Source of the DNA: Candidatus Saccharimonadota bacterium
GTDB taxonomy: Bacteria > Patescibacteriota > Saccharimonadia > Saccharimonadales > JAXHMH01
DNA length: 64,000 nt
Direction: 5' to 3'
NCBI GenBank assembly: GCA_034521515.1
Contig: JAXHMH010000002.1
Coordinates: 152,379 to 216,378, forward strand
Shown here: one piece after another, positions 57,802 through 64,000 of the stretch
How positions within the stretch are numbered: the first letter of the stretch is position 1
Layout: each line of letters starts with the position of its first letter
The notes under the pieces: generated by a model
What the model saw: the letters and a program-made list of their open reading frames with translations, nothing else
Databases searched by the model: none
Told to the model about the DNA's origin: nothing
Program-made: the position numbers and the translations under genes

Positions 57802-58771
57802 GCGGACAGACGGCATCTTTACCGTCAATGCACTTTCACCGAGCTCTTCGTCGAGACAGTGCCCAAATCATTACTCCATTCGTGCGGGTCAGAACTTACC
57901 TGACAAGGAATTTCGCTACCTTAGGACGGTTATAGTTACCGCCGCCGTTCACTGGGGCTTCAGTTCGCACCGTGAAGCGCTCCCCTTAACCTTCCAGCAC
58001 CGGGCAGGAGTCAGCCCCTATACATCCACTTTCGTGTTAGCAGAGACCTGTGTTTTTGGTAAACAGTTGCTTGGGCTCCTTAGCTGCGGCCCCGTCACAC
58101 TATCTACCACGATAGTGCCCTTTTGTAGGGGTCAGCTTCCTTCTGATTTGTTTGTCTCGAGTATTACTCGTTTATACAGGTCCTTGCAAGAAGTTAAAAA
58201 CTTGCATGAACTACTGTTTTGATCTCGTTTTCAAAAGAAAACTGGCTTTACATGTCACACGTGATAAACACTGTGACGGGGCAGACCTTATCCCGAAGTT
58301 ACGGTCGCTGTATTGCCGAGTTCCTTGACGAAGATTCACTCGTACGCCTTGGTCTTCTCGACCTGAGCACCTGTGTCGGTTTGCGGTACGGATAGCCATG
58401 CACATAAGTTTGGAAGCTTTTCTGGTCAGCACTCTCACAAGAATCAGCCTGTTAAGGCCTCTCATTCGTGGTTGTTACGCCACTTAGACGGGTATAACCA
58501 TGAACCCGCTCCTGCTAACATGCCGCGCACTCCAAACAATACAAGACTAGTACGGGAATATTAACCCGTTGTCCATCGCCTACGCTACGCGCCTCGGCTT
58601 AGGACCGACTAACCCTGGGACGATTACCGTGGCCCAGGAAACCTTGCTCTTTCGGCGGGCAGGATTCTCACCTGCCTTATGGTTACTCATTCCAACATTC
58701 TCACTTGATACCGCTCCACCAGACCTTACGATCTAACTTCAGCGCAATATCAACGCTCCTCTACCGCTCGC

Positions 58772-58901
58772 GCGATGCGCAAGAAACTCCAGAAACCAAA
58801 AACCAAAATTCAGAGAAAGACCAAAAATCAAAGATTTGAAAATTGAAGTTGAGACTTATCTGAAATTTGAAGTTTGAGGTTTGAAATTTCTTGCGCATCG
58901 C
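58772..58901 (-). other. 130-nt IVS-like hairpin in 23S (helix-45-like site) closed by 15-bp perfect inverted repeats
   Basis: GCGATGCGCAAGAAA (58772-58786) and TTTCTTGCGCATCGC (58887-58901). The interior consists of CAAA/TTTG-rich complementary arms. Confidence 0.7.
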
Positions 58902-59518
58902 ACAAGCCCATATCTTCGGTGCTATGCTTTAGCCCCGTTACATTTTCCGCGCGAGATCTCTTGACGAGTGAGCTGTTACGCACTCTTTAAATGAATGGCT
59001 GCTTCTAAGCCAACATCCTCGTTGTTTAAGAAATCTCACCTCGTTTCCCACTTAGCATAGACTTGGGGACCTTAGATGATGGTCTGGGCTGTTTCCCTTT
59101 CGAGCGCCGAGCTTAGCCCCGGCGTTCTGACTGCTGTAGTTCCACTGATGGTATTCGTAGTTTGTCAAGGGTGGGTACGATCACTCGCCCCAGTCCGAAA
59201 CAGAGCTCTACCCCCATCAGCTACCGTACAACGCTAGCCCTAAAGCTATTTCGAGGAGAACCAGCTATCTCCAGGTTCGATTGGCATTTCACCGCTAACC
59301 ACAGGTCATCCGAGCATGTTGCAATATGCGACGGTTCGGTCCTCCACGTAGTTTTACCCACGCTTCAACCTGCCCATGGTTAGGTCACCTGGTTTCGGGT
59401 CTACTCCGCATAACTAAATCGGCCTATTCAGCCTCGCTTTCACTACGCCTCCGTCAAATGACTTAGGCTTGCTATGCAGAGTAACTCGTTGGATCGTTCT
59501 ACAAAAAGCACGCCGTCA

Positions 59519-59602
59519 CCCTGCAGTAGACTTTCGATCAGTTTTGCTACGCAAAACCGTATCCATTCGCAAAGCGAATGGCATCGAAAGCTCACTGCAG
59601 GG
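59519..59602 (-). other. ~84-nt extension of the helix-25-equivalent hairpin of 23S
   Basis: CCCTGCAGT (59519-59527) and ACTGCAGGG (59594-59602) close an extra hairpin where E. coli has a short helix (GGGAGCACGCTTAGGCGTGTGACTGCG). Confidence 0.55.
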
Positions 59603-59665
59603 CTCCGACTCCTTGTACGCACACAATTTCAGGTTCTATTTCACTCCCCTTCCGGGGTTCTTTTA

Positions 59666-59696
<31 letters not shown>

Positions 59697-59789
59697 ATCG
59701 TAAGATATATTTAGCCTTGGGACGTGGTCGTCCCGGATTCAGTCAGGGTTTCACGTGTCCCGACCTACTCGACATACGGCTCGCGCTTT

Positions 59790-59878
59790 GCACGAGCAAG
59801 TTAAAAGCCGAAAGTTAAAAGTTAAAAGCCCTAAGACTTTATACTTTAAAACTTTATATACTTTTCACTCGCTTGTGC
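59790..59878 (-). repeat. AU-rich hairpin insertion, family 2, in 23S domain I
   Basis: gcacgagcaagttaaaagccgaaagttaaaagttaaaagccctaagactttatactttaaaactttatatacttttcactcgcttgtgc. It is homologous to the spacer element 55429-55490 and lies just 5' of the conserved ..GAGTAGGTCGGGACACGTG. Confidence 0.65.
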
Positions 59879-60134
59879 TCCGCACAAGCCCTACAAATAT
59901 AAGGTTAGCGAGACTTGGCATACCGGGCTTTCACCGTCTCTGGCGGAACTTTCCAATTCCTTCTGCTCGCCTCGCTAATTTCTGACCTTATGCAGACTAA
60001 TGGTAGCGTCTGCAGCCTTATGCAAAGACTGAATAAATTCAGTTCCTGCAAAAGGTTGTTTGTAGTGTCACAACCCCCATTATGCATTAGCCTACCAGCC
60101 TTACCGGCTGCATCTCGCTTCGCTCGAGCTAATG

Positions 60135-60209
60135 CAATAGATGATAGTTGATAGATGATAGTTGATAACAAATGTCATTAACTATTAACTATTTTCCTAT
60201 TAACTATTG
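60135..60209 (-). repeat. AU-rich hairpin insertion, family 1, in 23S domain I
   Basis: caatagatgatagttgatagatgatagttgataacaaatgtcattaactattaactattttcctattaactattg. The ends CAATAG../..CTATTG are complementary. It is homologous to the 16S insertion at 63829-63904. Confidence 0.7.
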
Positions 60210-61141
60210 CTCTAGCTTGTCGAACAAAGTGAGACACAGCTGGAGCATAAAAGGTTTGGGCTCTTCCGCGTTCGCTCGCCACTACTAACGGAATCGTTGT
60301 TTACTTTCTCTTCCTCGAGGTACTAAGATGTTTCAGTTCCCCCGCTTACCGCCATATAGCCTATGAATTCAACTATAGGTGACTAGACATGACTCTAGCC
60401 GGGTTTCCCCATTCGGAAATCTTCGGTTCAAAGCTTAGTCAGCAGCTCCCCGAAGCTTATCGCAGCTCCTCGCGTCCTTCATCGGTATCTTACGTCAAGG
60501 CATCCTTTGTGTGCGCTTGTGTAACTTTTTACGATTCCACAACTTGTAACACTTTAGCCTACCGTCCAGCAAAGCTGGCCGCACTGCTAAAGCTCTTGAG
60601 GTATTGCTTTGTCAGAAACTGTGCTACTCCTTCACCGTATTAATATACGGCACAGTCCGTTGCTTGTTTCTTCCGTGCACTGCACTCAAGTACGAAGTTA
60701 TGGGTCATTAAGTGCAATCCTTCTTCGCTTCCAAAGGAAGCTACGAAGGACCGTTCATAGCCTAAAAGGCGACGAACGGTTGACTAGTTGTTGGTAATTA
60801 CCAACTACTCACAACTTCGCATCGCGCTGACTGCTCGCCAGCAGAGCTGCCGATCTGTCATCACTTTTGGCGCATCACTGCGTCAGTTACTCCGATACTC
60901 GCTCACCGTACTATTAGTACGACTCGCTCCGTTTCTCATAACTTCCTTGTGCTGCATCCAAATGCAATAGTTGTGTTGCCGTTTGCCTTATTTCTCATTT
61001 CTTTACATCAGATTGTTAAGATACAAACTCAAGACATCCCCACTGTAAGAATATATCTTGCTGCGTATAGAACTTGAGTTTACGTTTCTGGCTTGGCGGT
61101 TTAGACGTCAAACAAATGACCTAAACTCAAGCAGCCAGAAC

Positions 61142-61170
61142 ATCTTATCACCATTAACAGAGGCGGTCAA
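61142..61170 (-). promoter_or_regulatory. Possible sigma-70-like promoter for 23S-5S (TTGACC, 17 nt, TAAGAT)
   Basis: The minus strand reads gggTTGACCgcctctgttaatggtgaTAAGATgttctg. It would give a ~600-nt hairpin-rich leader. Weak evidence. Confidence 0.25.
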
Positions 61171-61291
61171 CCCTATTCTGCTGTAAAACTTCCTACAACT
61201 TAACTCCTAAAACAGTGTGTTTACTCGCACAAAGACGGTTGGCTTGTCTTATTCCTCCGTTTACGCTAGAATTACCGGAGTAATTTTGCAT

Positions 61292-61368
61292 GGGGCAATA
61301 GCTCAGTTGGCTAGAGCACCTGCTTTGCAAGCAGGGGGTCCGGGGTTCGAGTCCCCGTTGCTCCACCA
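61292..61368 (+). tRNA. tRNA-Ala (anticodon UGC), CCA encoded
   Basis: GGGGCAATAGCTCAGTTGGCTAGAGCACCTGCTTTGCAAGCAGGGGGTCCGGGGTTCGAGTCCCCGTTGCTCCACCA. It has the G3:U70 pair, anticodon loop tTTGCAa and GTTCGAGTC T-loop. Confidence 0.95.
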
Positions 61369-61456
61369 AAAATTACACTCAAACAAGGCCGGTCGGCTAA
61401 GTTGGCCGGAGAGCGTTACCGAGGATATACTTTTACAAACATTGAGTTTTTCTGAT

Positions 61457-61533
61457 GGGGCTATAGCTCAGTTGGTTAGAGCGCGTCACTGATAATGACG
61501 AGGTCGATGGTTCGAGTCCACCTAGCCCCACCA
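61457..61533 (+). tRNA. tRNA-Ile (anticodon GAU), CCA encoded
   Basis: GGGGCTATAGCTCAGTTGGTTAGAGCGCGTCACTGATAATGACGAGGTCGATGGTTCGAGTCCACCTAGCCCCACCA. Confidence 0.95.
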
Positions 61534-61562
61534 AAAATATTCAATATATTGACTTCAAGCGT

Positions 61563-61593
61563 AGCGCCTAATGACGAGGTCGATGGTTCGAGT
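61563..61593 (+). other. Truncated duplicate of the tRNA-Ile 3' half (pseudo-tRNA fragment)
   Basis: agcgccTAATGACGAGGTCGATGGTTCGAGTaactc. 25 nt (61569-61593) are identical to tRNA-Ile positions from the 3' anticodon stem to the T-loop. The 3' T-stem and acceptor are missing. Confidence 0.8.
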
Positions 61594-61616
61594 AACTCAT
61601 TTGCCCACAAATTAAA

Positions 61617-61640
61617 ACATCCTATATAGGGTGTTTTTTA
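61617..61640 (+). terminator. Rho-independent terminator after the tRNA pair
   Basis: ACATCC-tatata-GGGTGT followed by TTTTTT. Confidence 0.7.
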
Positions 61641-61647
61641 ACTACAG

Positions 61648-61992
61648 CTAGATAACAGTTACTACAACTATAAAAATCACTGCTATATGCAGTGCTTGAT
61701 CAACATGAATACCGTATAGCCCCTCTTCCTTGCCTAATTTTTTGTGCAGCCACTTTGATGCTTTGCCAAAATCAATTAACCAGTGAGCCGACCCAATGAT
61801 AGCTGCTGCCAAAATACTGCCTGATAATAGTCCCGCAATTATCGCGTGAATAAACGCATGAGAGGTCAAAGCATGTATGCCCATAGGGTCAAGGAATATG
61901 AGTTGCTTTTTGGCTGCCATATGCTGACTCTGTAGACCAAAGTCCGCTAGGTAGTGCCCTGCGATCAACGTAAGTAGTAGTACAAAATCCAT
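61648..61992 (-). CDS. Small integral membrane protein (114 aa), DUF3307-like
   Basis: MDFVLLLTLIAGHYLADFGLQSQ.. (H.LADF.LQ motif recalled for DUF3307), with 3-4 hydrophobic helices. Confidence 0.6.
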   Translation of the reverse strand: MDFVLLLTLIAGHYLADFGLQSQHMAAKKQLIFLDPMGIHALTSHAFIHAIIAGLLSGSILAAAIIGSAHWLIDFGKASKWLHKKLGKEEGLYGIHVDQALHIAVIFIVVVTVI

Positions 61993-62032
61993 AAAGCCCC
62001 CATTGCCTGTCCGTCTAAGTATACACCGGAAC

Positions 62033-62072
62033 TAAAAAGAGCCCATCTCGCAATGTTGGGCTCTTTTCTTTT
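62033..62072. terminator. Bidirectional terminator between the 16S trailer and the membrane-protein gene
   Basis: AGAGCCCA-tctcgcaatgt-TGGGCTCT (62038-62064), with AAAAA on the left and TTTCTTTT on the right. Confidence 0.65.
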
Positions 62073-62262
62073 CGCTATACAGCGAACGGCTTCTCGTCTC
62101 ATTTTACTGAGAATTTGGTCTCTTCCTCGGGAAGAGCAGCCGGAGCGTCGGATTTATTCCGCGCGCCACGCGATGAGAAACCCTGAAAGGGTGTCTCATA
62201 CCCGTTAAAAACCTAAGTAGTGCAAATCGAACGTCATATTCGGGTACAGAACTGCTATCTTG

Positions 62263-62361
62263 CCCCTCACCACTTCCGTTGACAATCCTTCGCTTTTGAA
62301 AGTATGGCCATAAGGACATATCTTCCAAGCATTTAAGATTTTCACTAGAAGTGGTGAGGGG
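62263..62361. other. 14-bp perfect long-range inverted repeat enclosing 71 nt in the 16S trailer (candidate structured RNA)
   Basis: CCCCTCACCACTTC (62263-62276) and GAAGTGGTGAGGGG (62348-62361). Confidence 0.4.
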
Positions 62362-62520
62362 AAACGTACATTGCCAGTACTGTGTTTACAATGTACCAAG
62401 ATCGACCTAGCTAAAGCCTATCGGCTAGTCGTTAGTCGCCGGTCGCTAGTAGCTAGAAAAACTAGTGACTAGAGACTTTTGACTAGAGACTAACCAAGCT
62501 TCGCTTGGTTTTCTCCCTAG

Positions 62521-64000
<1,480 letters not shown>

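Overview
The window looks like a Candidatus Saccharibacteria (TM7, Patescibacteria/CPR) chromosome segment. Evidence: the 16S reads AAAACATAAAGGAATTGACGG, which gives U at E. coli position 912, recalled as a TM7 signature. The rRNA genes are loaded with insertions and the core genes are compact. This assignment needs a SILVA/GTDB check.

Layout:
(i) 1-19.5 kb holds three consecutive minus-strand giant surface-protein genes. The first is a fibre protein of more than 1538 aa that is missing from the ORF track because it runs off the left edge. The second is an 1855-aa protein with 18 Kelch repeats, LamG and discoidin domains. The third is about 2915 aa with a Gly-rich domain, 7 SBBP-like blades, a MAM domain, 7+7 Asp-box-like blades and GW repeats.
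(ii) 19.8-42.9 kb holds ordinary core genes: rplU, ileS with a T-box-like attenuator leader, nrdJ/nrdR with an NrdR box, ftsZ, ftsA, map, adk, yqeY, rpsU, priA, def, fmt, infB, rpsA, a ROK kinase and a small KGG-type stress protein.
(iii) 43.2-54.8 kb holds an IS200-like/RAYT Y1 transposase flanked by REP-like palindromes. Next to it is a fourth giant surface-protein paralogue. Its first ~2.4 kb and last ~2.3 kb are intact, but at least 12 frame disruptions break the middle. The intact parts form a mosaic with the 10.6-19.4 kb gene, and the whole segment is bracketed by two copies of one 28-bp palindrome.
(iv) 55.3-64 kb is an unlinked rRNA region. It holds 5S and a ~4.66-kb 23S, which carries a group I intron with a LAGLIDADG gene after U2593 plus several hairpin insertions. 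tRNA-Ala and tRNA-Ile sit on the opposite strand, followed by a small membrane-protein gene. Last comes a 5'-truncated 16S carrying an AU-rich insertion homologous to one in the 23S.

Limits: all domain calls are motif recognition by eye. No identities, GC values or RNA folds were computed. Coordinates of RNA ends and domain limits are approximate.
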